A DNA stretch of 64,000 bases, from the NCBI RefSeq assembly GCF_009914755.1, contig NC_060927.1, one strand, 5' to 3'. Source of the DNA: the human T2T-CHM13v2.0 reference genome, Homo sapiens. The translations under genes and the position numbers were made by a program. Positions 52,173-64,000 of this stretch are shown in pieces. Under the pieces are notes generated by a model. The model had not been told where the DNA came from and made no database searches. It worked only from the letters and a program-made list of their open reading frames with translations. How positions within the stretch are numbered: the stretch's first letter is position 1; each line of letters opens with the position of its first letter.

Positions 52173-54933
52173 GAGCCCATTTTCATACAAGACTGAGTAG
52201 TGTTGCTTCTTGGTCTGGATTTAGAGTAGCTGGGAAAACAGCATGAAGAGTTTTTACATTCAGAAAGGAATGCAAAGGAATGTAAAGAATGCCTTCCTTC
52301 CTTTTAAATCTAATCTTATTACTCCCATTAGTGAATATTTAACAATAACACTAACGCTAATAGCAGACTTGGTCGCAACATCAAAAGCAACAATACCAAA
52401 GATGAATATAACAGCTTTGCTCAGAAAAACTTAAAGCTACGTCACACATATTATCTCATTTATCTTTTGAAAATCTCTTCAAACTGTAAGAGCATATTTA
52501 TCTACTTTGAGACATGTTTTATGGGAACCGATTTCCTTATTACTCTTTGCATCTTCTGTTTAAAAACATGGTCTGTTTTTAACACACCTCCCAGCCAGAA
52601 CCTCAACTCATAACTCATGCCATTGACTTCCTTGCATGAATCTCAAAAACAAAAACCAACTCTTAGCAATTATAGAAACCGGAAACAAAAATGAAACACA
52701 AGTAGGAAGTTAAATAACTTCACTGCATCCAACAATTGCTTTTGCCTAAACTGAAATTAAATAAATAGACACACACACACTCTCCATAAAAACTCTGCTA
52801 CACAATTTATTAATGAACAGTGAAAAGAAACAGAAGCCAAAAGTGGGTCAGGAGAAACTGTTTAATCTAATAGTCTGGAAATTATATTGGAAGAAACAGA
52901 TGGTTTCACAGAAGTCAATGTTACCTAGAGGAGCAAGGAGCGATTTTCTAGGAAAGAAAAATGTTTCCCTACCCTACCGCATATACTATTTTCAGCAAAG
53001 GAGGAGTCTATATTCAGCACAGGAAAAGTCCCGATATTGGCACACTTACAAAACTGGGACTAAGTGGCAGCCATCCACACATACTCAAGCTCAGACTTGG
53101 CCTTCTGAATCTGAGCTGGAGGTCAAACCTAGCCCTATTTTAAAGCTGGGAACAACAGAAGCCAGCACTACGCTCCAGTGGGTTATTGACCAACACTCAT
53201 GTTCTTGATACCTAAGGAAAGTGGTCACCAACAGGTCATGGGCAGCATGACCCTTAATGTGGCTCCGGACCCTCAGAGACTCTGTGGGTCCCAGGCAGCA
53301 GCAAGACACACAGGGCACATGGAGTCGGAAGACCTCAGTGCAAGCTGCGGCTCTGTAAGACAAGACCACCCTATTTGTCAGGCTCCCTATTTGTCAAGCA
53401 GAACAAAAAACATCTCTAGACTTGTAAGGATGAATTGAGCTAAAGTATATCAAGCTGCATTGCAAACAACACAGCATAAGACAATGCTCAACCACTCAGT
53501 CTATTCTCATCCCCACCATCTATGATTCACCAAAACATGCAGCCAAATTCTCCCTAGAGTAGGGCTCAATCAAAAAGAGAACATCAAAGCTGGGGTCCTT
53601 GAATGACCGATCACAGCCAACCAAATCTCAAAGCCATACCCGAGGGACCTTTGGTATTGTCCACAATCCTTAAGAGTAAAGAATTGAAGAAGGCAAGTCT
53701 GAGTTCTGATTCTAGCTCATCACACATTCGTTGCAGAACCACGGGCACATTAGGTAACCTCACTGAGCCTTGTTTCCTCATTTGTAAAATCAAGATCTCT
53801 ATAAGGATTAATTGACACTGAGCACCATGCATGCCACATTAGCTGTTATTACTGTTGCTACTGTTAACAATGATTATATCAATACCAGCAGCATCCAAGT
53901 CCACTGCTCCATCACAATACATCAGCTGCAGGGATCCCCAGAGAGGCCAGGGAGGGCGCAGGGGCAGAACAGCCTTTCTGCCATGAAGATGAAGGACTGT
54001 ACGAGGAGGAGCCTCCCACCGGGGTGAGCTTAAATTTGCGGAAATATAGAAAGTCCCGCCCCACCCAACTCTGACCCTGGGGCCTCTTGCAGCAGTATCA
54101 AGGGCTGCTTAGAGCCTCCCTTCTAGCCATCCACCTTCCCTCCTCCAGGGCTTCTGACATTTTGCTCCAAGGTTTGTTTGTTTTTACTTAGAAAAAATGC
54201 CATCAACGTCAGTGACTGTATGCTCAGTTCTGCTGAAGAGCTGCAAATGTTATAGATGGATTTGTTATGTTCTAAAACTGCAGGTATCATATTTACAGAG
54301 AGGTAATAAATACCTCATTAAGGAAAGGCAAAACAAACACTTCAGAGTACTTGAGGCTCTATCTAAAGGAACCCCACGGTGAAACCCACTTTAAACCAAG
54401 AATCCTCCTGTAATGCAAATAAGTACTCATCCCCTCCAATTCTCTTCCTTCCTTTCCCTAGTTTACTATGTTGGGCTCCCCTGTAAAGCACCCCCCTCCC
54501 TCCCAGAACCTGCAGGCACCAGCAGCCAGGTATCCATCTTAGCCAGCTCCCTGAGACATCACAGACTTAAGCTGAGTCTGTTGACACCTGTTCTGTAGTG
54601 TCAACTGTAGGTGGGGTGGGGACACAGAACCAAACCACAACACCAAGACTGACTTAATGGGTCTGGTGTGCAGCTGGGCATGGGAACTTTTTAAACAAAC
54701 TTTGAGAATCATTGTGTCACCTTGTATCCTTATTTTTATTCCTCTGGCCTGTCCTCCCAAATATATTCCAAGTCACCTAAAGAAAGTAAGTTATGATTTG
54801 GTCATAATACATAGGTAGGTAAGTAAACATTTGTTGAATTTATTTTATACTCAAAAGATCACACTAGTATAATTTTTTTCTGCCATCTCCACTCAAATTA
54901 AAAAAAAAAAATTGTACTCCACATGATCTTTTA

Positions 54934-55119
54934 AGGTTCTCCAAGTGTGGTCCCCAGACCAGCAGCATCAGCATTGCCTGGGAACTTATTACAAAAGCAG
55001 ATTCTCAGGCCTTGCCCTAGACTTACTAAATCAGAAACTTTGAGGATGGGGCCCAGGACTCTGCATTTTGACAAGCCCTCCAGGCTATTCTGATTCACTC
55101 TCAAGGTTGGGAACCACTC
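54934..55119. mobile_element. MER5A hAT-Charlie MITE
   Basis: ggttctccaagtgtggtccccagaccagcagcatcagcat...ggttgggaaccact. Confidence 0.9.
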
Positions 55120-56129
55120 CTTTAAGCTAATGATTAGTTTTAAAGGCTTTTCTGGAGATTGACATTATTTTAGATGAGGCCATGGAACTGGCCTATCATC
55201 TCCCTTCACGAAATCAGAAAGGCTAATAGTGCCAGGATTTATAACTAGCCATTAGGCACCCAAACACTTAGCTCCCCACAACTTTCATTTCTTAATTTTC
55301 AGAATATAATGTAAATCATGATCCATTTTTTTAGATTAGTCTTTTTCCCAGCCGTGAAGGGAGACTGAAAGGACAACTCTTATAAACAATGATTATCAGC
55401 TGCTTCTGTAGTTGTGTGTCAGACTAACACCCCCCAGACTGGAGGTCAAAGAAAAACTGGACCTGTAGAAAACTTATTGCGCAATGTGCATGTCTTGAAT
55501 AAGGAATGTCATCCTGTTATTATCATGACCACCCAAAATTTATATACAGAGTTTAAGGCTAGAATGCTGGTGGCCGAAAGCCAAGTATGAGCCTGGTCAG
55601 CACAATGTCGAAGAAAACATCCCGAAAATCAGTTCTTAAAGTCCTCTTAGACAGGAAAACCACAAAGATGGGAATTTGTAAAATGCAGCAGTGTGGAATG
55701 ATCCTCGAAATTGTAATGCGTGTCATGGGAATGTCTTATAAGGAGGAACTTAAGAATAGAAATAGAAGAAGACAAGCTTGAGAAAGGGGCAAAGGTGAAT
55801 AAATTACCTTTGAACTTTTTCATGTTGAAGCCCTTCAATTTAGTTTAAACCCACCACAGCACACAGAAGATTCAGGAACCAAGAAAGCCAAAGTGAAGGC
55901 TTTGCTGTTCAGTAAAACTACAAGATATCCTGCAAAGCTCCAAGTGCTTGGTGGCCTAGCAAGTTTCTTTTATAACTGCTCCAAACTCAATATCTCAATT
56001 TATTCTTCTATACCGTGGGGGTGACTCCACCTACCTCATAAGATTGTTGTTAGTTTGTTTAGAAGAGATTAATACAACAGTAGGTGCTGAATAAAAAGTA
56101 ACTCTGATTATTACCTATAAAAAATGAAG

Positions 56130-56930
56130 CTCTCTACTCTCATACATTGTTGTTGGAAATGTAAAATAGAACAAACACTTTGGAAAACAGTTGAGCAGTA
56201 TCTTATAAAGGTAAACATGTATTTAGCATAAACCCAACAATTCCACTCCTACATATTTCCCCAACAGAAGTGAAAACATCCACACAAAACACTTGTTCGT
56301 GGATATTCAGCTTTTTTTTTTCATAATAGCCCCAAACTGGAAATTTCCCAAATGTTCAACAGGAAAATGATTCAACAAATTGTGGCACATGCAAACAAGG
56401 GAATATTACTCAGAAACAAAAAGGAATTAACTCTTGATACACACAACAGCAAGGACTCAATACATACAACAGCACAGACTCCATGCATAAAACAGCACGG
56501 ACTCCATACATACAACAGCAAGGACTCCATATATACAACAGCAAGGACTCCATATATACAACAACAAGGACTCCATACATACAACAGCAAGGACTCCATA
56601 CATACAACATCAAGGACTCCATACATACAACAGCACAGATTGAACTGCAAAGGCATTAGGCTGAGTTAAAGAAGCCAGAGGCACACACACGGTATGATTC
56701 TATGTACATGTTATTCAAAAAGAAGCAAAACTATTCAACAGTGACACAGCAGATCAGCAGTTGGCTGGGTCAGGGCAGGCACCTGAGGGAACTTTCTGGG
56801 GTGATGGAAAAGTTTTATATCTTGAGTGTGGTGATAGTTCTACAAATGTTTACACCTATCAGAACTCATCACCCAGGCACTTCATATGGGTGTGTTTCAT
56901 GGTATTTAAATTATAGTTCAATAAAGTTAT
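56130..56930 (+). mobile_element. L1MD/L1ME 3' region
   Basis: ctctcatacattgttgttggaaatgtaaaat...acccaacaattccactccta...gctgagttaaagaagccaga. Confidence 0.85.
56437..56639. repeat. 23-bp minisatellite, ~8.8 copies (atacatacaacagcaaggactcc)
   Basis: Units start at 56437, 56460, 56483, 56506, 56529, 56552, 56575, 56598 and 56621. Confidence 0.95.
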
Positions 56931-57279
56931 TCAAACAAATATCACTGCGACACCCTTCAGTGGACTGGCAGTTGGCGCTGAGCTCTCTTTCATGTGCGGT
57001 GGATAAGCTTTGAGTGGAAAGAGCTGAAACACTGGATTCTGGGCCCACTTACTACTTGTTACCTGCCAAATCAATTTCTTCATCTGAAAAGAAAAGAAAA
57101 ATACCTTCCTTTCAACTTTCGGGGCTACTTGAATCATCAAGTGAGAGCATTATTGGAGAATGCTTTAAAGCAGACTCAGCATCTGGCTGTGGGGAACTCG
57201 TGTCATCCCAGGTGCCCAGCACACCCACCTCCTCCTCTGCTTTCTGCTTTCCTTCACCTGCCAGGCAGTCCCTAGGACC

Positions 57280-57870
57280 ACCTCCTAATTTCTCTTTCCC
57301 CCACTCCTTTTCTTGTCCCCACTGCCACTGTCTTGACTGAGGCCACCTTTACCTTGCCTGATGACTGCAATGGTTTCTATATGTTTCCCCTCCCCCAGCA
57401 TTGCCCCTTCCATCCTTCCTCATTCTAAATCCAGAGAAATCTTTCCAGAATGAGAATCTGATGTCACCTGCACCCCCTCCATCTTAAAAACCTTCAGTGC
57501 TTTTGAGCTTAGACTCCTCAGCCCAACACCTAAGACCTTTCATCATCTGGCCCTACTTTCTCCTCCCCCAAAGAACATGCTCCAACCAAACTGAACTGCC
57601 TGTGGCTCCCCACATATGCAGGGTTATCTCCGTGTTTTGATCCCTCCCACAAGTTGTCTCCTCTTCGTGAAAAGATTATCTGCTTCCACCCTCTTCTCCC
57701 ATCTTTTGCCTGACTAACAGCCAACTGTCCCTGGCACCAAATTTGCATAAAACTCCAAATCCACCTGAGGATTTCAAGTCTTCCTTGACACACAGACTCC
57801 TCCATCAAGCCTGGGCTACCACCATCCCATCAGTCTCCATTACTCTAGCATCAAGTACTGGTTCTTCATC
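57280..57870 (+). mobile_element. L2 fragment
   Basis: ccactgccactgtc...cctgatgactgcaatgg...ccagagaaatctttccagaatg. Confidence 0.65.
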
Positions 57871-57915
57871 TGTGAGAGAGTTTGAACCAAAGTAAAATAC
57901 CAATCTATAGTCTGG

Positions 57916-58330
57916 TGCTATGGACTGAATTGTGTCCTTCCAAATCATCCTAACCCCTAAAGTGACTACATTTGGAGTAAGAAAGTAATGAAGGTCAAAT
58001 CATGTCATAAGGATGGGGCACAACGTGATGGGACTAGTGTCCTTACAAGATGAGACACAAGAGAGCTTGTGCTCGCTCCTGTTCTCTCTTTCTCACTCTC
58101 TCTGTCTTCCCCCCAACCCCCGTCTTCCCTCCCTCCCTCTCTGCCATGTGAGGACACAATGAGAAGGCTGTTGTCTGCAAGCCAAGAGAGCCCTGACCAG
58201 AACCCAACCATGCTGGCACCTTGATATCCAGGGTAGCAACTTCCAGCCTCCAGAACTATGAGAAAATAAGCATCTGTTGTTTAAGCCAGTCTGTGGTATT
58301 TTATTATGGCAGCCCGAGCTGACTAAGGCA
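57916..58330 (+). mobile_element. MaLR LTR (MLT1A/B-like)
   Basis: tgctatggactgaattgtgtcc...gccatgtgaggacaca...gctgactaaggca. Confidence 0.88.
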
Positions 58331-58549
58331 ACCCAGGAACACCTCCTGTCTAGTTCACCCAAATGTCCCCAAGACATGGCATCTGGCCCAAGGTTGACCT
58401 TCAATAAATATCTGTGGAATCAATGAATCCTCTTATGGTCACTATGAACCTAAGGGCAAATCTTCATGATAAAATGGTACATTGTTATGACTTAGAGACA
58501 CAGATTCTGACCTGAAACCGAATTTTCCTCTCTTGAAAACAGACTAGAA

Positions 58550-58755
58550 CAGTGTTAAGCTATAGAACTTTCGGCAATGATAAAAACGTTCTCTGTCTGC
58601 GCTGTCCAATAGCAGTCACCAGCCACACATGGCTACTGAGCACTTGAAATGTGGCTAGTGTGACAGAAGAACAGAATATTCTATTTTACTTTGTTTTAAT
58701 TAATGATTACATATAAATACCATGTGGCTGGTGGCTCCTGTACTAGTCAGTGCAG
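58550..58755. mobile_element. MER3 hAT-Charlie MITE
   Basis: tatagaactttc...gcgctgtccaata...agccacacatggctactgagcacttgaaatgtggctag. Confidence 0.85.
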
Positions 58756-59087
58756 GACTGGACCATTCAAGGAAGGCCCAAGCCCTGGGCACCGGCCTCA
58801 TTACACAGATTGCTCTCCGTGCCAACTGTCCCTGGCACCAAATGTGCATAAAACATAGTCGATTTTCACAGAGCTGACATAGGTAGCTTTCAAGTGGTGT
58901 TAGAGTGGCCTGGCACAGAGAGGCTGGCAAAACGCTCACATAAAAGGCATAACGGGGTACCGTTTTGCAGAAATTGTGATGCTTTATGGGCCTGCATCTG
59001 CGATGAAACCCATCAAAGGGCAGGTTCATCCCTCGGTGACCAGAGTTAATTGAAAATTTAAGACCCAATCAAATCACCCAGAATTGA

Positions 59088-59612
<525 letters not shown>

Positions 59613-59994
59613 TGACTTGTATTTGCCTAAGAGTCAAATAAGCATCGTCTCCATGAAAAATAAGTGTATAGAGTGTCATTTAAAAATCTGCTATGGTTAA
59701 AACCTTATGGAAGAGGAATCTTCTTATACCATTCTACATGATAATAAGTTTTCTAACAACAACATTCCAGTTGGTGTTAATGCCTATTTGTGTCGCATCT
59801 TGCAGTCTGGCATCACAAGAGCTTTGATGCCCAAGATTCTAGAATTCTATATTCGAATTCTTCCCCCAACCACTTCCTAGCACTGCCTCTTTGGGCAAGT
59901 TACTTAACCTCGCTGAGTATCCATTTCCTTGTCTGCAAAAAGAAATGAGTGTATCCACCTACCTTACTGGGTTACTGCAAACATAAAATGACAT

Positions 59995-60750
59995 AAGAAG
60001 CCACACAAAGATGAATGTTCATAGCAACTTAACCTGTGATAGCCAAAACCTGGAAATGACCCAGATGTTTATCAACCAGTGAATGGAAAAACAAACTGTG
60101 GTACAATCAAACAACAGAATACTACTCAGCAGTAAAACAGAAAACACACCAAACAACATAAATCAATCTTAAATGAGTAAGTTGAGTGAATGAGAAGAGC
60201 TAGGTTTTGAAAAAGAGTACGTACTATTTGATTCCATTTATATAACATCCTGGGAAATAAAATCAGTGATGGAGGCCGGGTGAGGTGGCTCACACCTGTA
60301 ATCCCGGCACTTTGGGAAGCTGAGGCAGGCAGATCACCTGAGATCAGGAGTTCGAGACCAGCCTGGCCAACATGGCAAAAGCCTGTGTCTACTAAAAATA
60401 AAAAAATTAGCTGGGCATGGTGGCGGGCACCTGTAATCCCAACTACTCGGCAGGCTGAGGCACAAGAATTATTTGAACCCAGGAGGTGAAGATTGCAGTG
60501 AGCCGAGATTGCACCACCACACTCCAGCCTGGGCAACAGAGTGAGACTTCGCTTCAAAAAAAAATCAGTGATGGAGAGGAGATTAGTGGTTGTCTGGGGT
60601 TGGAGGGATAACAAAGGGGCATGAGGAAACTTCTGGGGCAATGGAAATGTTCTGCATCTTGATGTGATGAGGGTTTTATGGGTTGGAACACTTTAAATAT
60701 GTGCAATGTAGTGTACTTCATTTATACCTTGATAAAGCTGAAAAATTTCT
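59995..60750 (+). mobile_element. L1ME 3' region, interrupted by an Alu
   Basis: gaatgttcatagcaac...aaacaaactgtggtaca...gattccatttatataa...gaggaaacttctgggg. Confidence 0.8.
60274..60560 (+). mobile_element. AluSx-like SINE
   Basis: Perfect 15-bp TSD aaaatcagtgatgga (60259-60273, 60561-60575). Confidence 0.95.
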
Positions 60751-60764
60751 GAAACATGAGAGCA

Positions 60765-61122
<358 letters not shown>

Positions 61123-61719
61123 TCAACAAACGTCAGCTCCATTCTGGAGAATAAAGAATAATCTCATTAGAACTCCTGGGAGAAAAACATGAGAGACCGC
61201 CAGGGAAAGGAGTCAGCATTTAGTTCTAGGTTTACTAGGACCCGACTATGCAAGACAGGCTCATCTCAGCTAGAAAGCTGAACAAGGAAGACAAACAGAA
61301 AGATAAACAAGGCTTGGTCCTTGCCCTGAGGGAAACACAAATAGGTTTAATATATGATGTAATCAAAATGTCAAAAGGACAGTATTGACAAACTACAGGC
61401 GTGCACAAGAGACTAATTCTGATAGAATGGTTGTCAAGAAGGAACAAATCCAGGTGGGTGGGGTCCTAGCAAGCAGTAAGAGGTAGGGGCCTGTGCAGAA
61501 AGAGCTGCCTGCACTGAATCAGAGAAGCAGAGAAAGGAGGGTCCTAGGCGGGGGCAGTGGGCACGACACACTGTCCTCCAGGGAACAATAGGGGGAGGAT
61601 CTGGGAAGGGCAAGACCAAGCTACAGAAAGCCCTGAGCTCTGGCTTGAATCTCAACTTCATCCATCCAGGGGAACCCCCTAAAGAGTTGTGCAGAATCAG
61701 ATGTGTGTTTTACACAAGC

Positions 61720-62045
61720 AGGTCCTATCTACAGGGCAACTGGGCAATTTATCAAGAGTGCCAACATTCGCATCCCTCAATTCAGTAATTCCTGAGGAAA
61801 TAGTCAGAAATGTGTACAAAGATTTATGGACAATATTGCTTATCACAACATTATTTGTAATAGCCCAAAGCCCAAAATAACTTAAATGTCCAATAAAAGG
61901 GGACTGCAAAATAAATTATGGTACACTGAGTGATTAAATCATATATAGCCATTAAATCATACTTTCCGAGCATAGGCATGACAGGTGCACACCTCACTGT
62001 ACAATGTTAAGTCGCATAAAAGCAGGATTCAAAAATACATGGTGA
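61720..62045 (+). mobile_element. L1ME fragment
   Basis: ttatttgtaatagcccaaa...taaatgtccaataaaagggg...aataaattatggtac. Confidence 0.7.
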
Positions 62046-62049
62046 GTAT

Positions 62050-62580
62050 TCACTCAGCAAATATTTGCTGATTATCTATTTAAGTGCCAGGCACTGTCCT
62101 AAGCACTGAGGGAGCAGCAGAGAATAAAAGAGAGAAAATCCCTGCACTCATGGGAAGGGATTCTCTCTTCTAATGAAGAAAGGCAGACAACAAAGAGGAA
62201 ACAAATAGCAATAAGCAAGATATATAGCAGGTTACATGGTAAGAAGTGCTATGGAGAAAATCAAGAGGGGAAAGACATGGAGAATTGGGGAGAAGGTAGA
62301 AATTTTAAAGAGGTGGTCAAGGAAAGTTTCAGAGAGAAGGGGGTTAAGAAGATGAGCAGGGGGATCCTGGGGGAGGACTTCCAGGCAGAGGAACAGGCAG
62401 TGCAAAAGCCCAGAGGAGGCCTGGCAGGTTCACAAAAGAGCAAAGTCAAAGCAGCGGAACACCAAAGACAAGCAGTGGGAGAATGCGGTCAAGGAGAGCT
62501 ATGTCACTCCTGGTGTGGTGGCAGCCACAGGAGAGCTCTGAGCAGAGAACTGGCAGGATCTGTAGGAGGACGAGGGCAGG
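62050..62580 (-). mobile_element. L2 3' region
   Basis: attcactcagcaaatatttgctga...gtgccaggcactgtcctaagcactg...ttccaggcagaggaacag. Confidence 0.8.
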
Positions 62581-63479
62581 AGCAGGGAGGCCACGTGGGA
62601 TATCCCCCAGTGTTGTCCTAGCTCATTATAATGGGTGTATGTTTATTTCATAAGCAGAAAACAAAAGATAATTCCATCAAGGACAGCACAATGCACAAAA
62701 GCAGTGTGGATGCTGCAGCTGAAGCTCAGGGAAACAAACAAATAAGGAGGTCGGGGAAATCATTCAGAGACCAGCTATGAAGCAGTGGGGGGACAAAGCA
62801 CTGCATGGAAACTTCATGTGTTTGTGAAGGTTCTTAGGAGCAAAGTTACTCTTCGTCATAATGAAAAACACATAACCACGATGCAAAAAACAAACAAACA
62901 AACAAACAAAACAAACAAACAAAAAAAAACAACTGCAAATGGGAGAAAAAAGAATTCCCCCAACATCTCAGCATCCTAATACTTAACATCTTGATATACT
63001 TCTTTTCAATCCTTTCTCCTAGACACGCTTTTGTTTTTCCCTAATCCTCCCGCAATGCCCAGCACATTGTAGGCACTTAAAAATTCACTGAACAAAAAAA
63101 TGGAGGGCCAAATGCATGACCAAATGCTCCAAATAATTGTATGTTACATTAGCTATATTAGAGGCATTTACAGACATGGTTTTAATAGGCTTGAGTGAAG
63201 GAATGGCAACTACACACAGGGGGAAGGCATGGTCATAGGTATCTGCACGTTTAAGAGGATGGTGGTGGCATGACTGACTCATCAAGGGCACCGGAAGGGA
63301 GCAATCTGAAAAGGAAGATGCTGGCTTCAGTTTTGGTGACTTGTTGAGGGGGATGCACAGAATGTCCCTGCAGAGACACTCAGCTGTCCTTTTTCAGAGC
63401 TCAAGAAGCAATTGGAGCCTCCGCACGGAGACAGTCACAGCAGAAAGAGTAGTCAAGGAGGAGGGGAGGAAGAGAAACA

Positions 63480-63700
63480 CCTGCAGACCCTACTGTATGC
63501 CAGACATTGTGCTACGAGCTTCACACATATCTACCCCATTCTAATCTTCACAACTGCCCCATGAAGTGGACACCCGTGTTCCTTTTATAGATGAGGACAC
63601 TGCTATAGATGAGGACACTGCAGGACTGGGAAGCTCAGTGATTTACCCAGTTGCTCTGAGGCAGAGCCAGGACTCAAATCCATGAGCATGAGGGCTTTTC
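63480..63700 (-). mobile_element. MIR SINE
   Basis: tactgtatgccagacattgtgcta...ttttatagatgaggacactg...gcagagccaggactcaaatcc. Confidence 0.8.
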
Positions 63701-64000
63701 CCACTCATTCTCCTTTCTGATCATAGAAGCTTAAAGTATATCCAGAAGCCCAGGGAGAAAATGTGTTCAGATGACTTCATTACATAGTGCCCAGTTTTTG
63801 CTCTCAAACTCCTGGGACCCAAAAAGAATAGCATGTTCTTCCTCTTCCAAAAACATGTCTTATACTGTTTTCCAACTTACAATTAAAACCTGTGGAGTTC
63901 TTTTATTCTTTTCATTTGTATGGGTCTCCTGTCTCCCATCAGATAGAACACTCCAAGATGCCAGGACAGGCTCACGACTTCCCCCCCAACACTGGCCCAA

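Noticed and set aside
56352-56669. Repetitive ORFs and a superficially CRISPR-like array
   Set aside because: Head-to-tail 23-bp units with no unique spacers, no cas genes and a primate context: a minisatellite.

Overview
Primate (human-like) intronic DNA: Alu-rich, CpG-depleted and dense in interspersed repeats. The only coding sequence I can support is one 187-nt minus-strand internal exon (5159->4973). It encodes AELPGSSAVRLASLRDLPAQLLELYQQGFSLAALHPFVQPTHEREKTPLEHIFRAILIKKTDR, which I recognise as Raftlin (RFTN1; probably exon 3). The ORF track misses this frame. Positions 5160-64000 are the large upstream intron and 1-4972 the downstream intron. The rest is Alu, MIR, L1, L2, MaLR LTRs, hAT/Tigger DNA transposons, an ERV-L pol/dUTPase fossil, microsatellites and a 23-bp minisatellite. 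I found no convincing new multi-gene system. The best leads are (i) candidate B-cell enhancer modules: a tandem octamer array at ~25040 and an overlapping EBF1/NF-kB/E-box site at ~12900; and (ii) several local template-switch or templated-copy scars: an end-less inverted Alu fragment sharing private variants with a nearby Alu, a 34-bp templated insertion, a micro-inversion in L1 and two fold-back insertions. Repeat subfamily names and boundaries were assigned by eye against remembered consensus sequences and are approximate.
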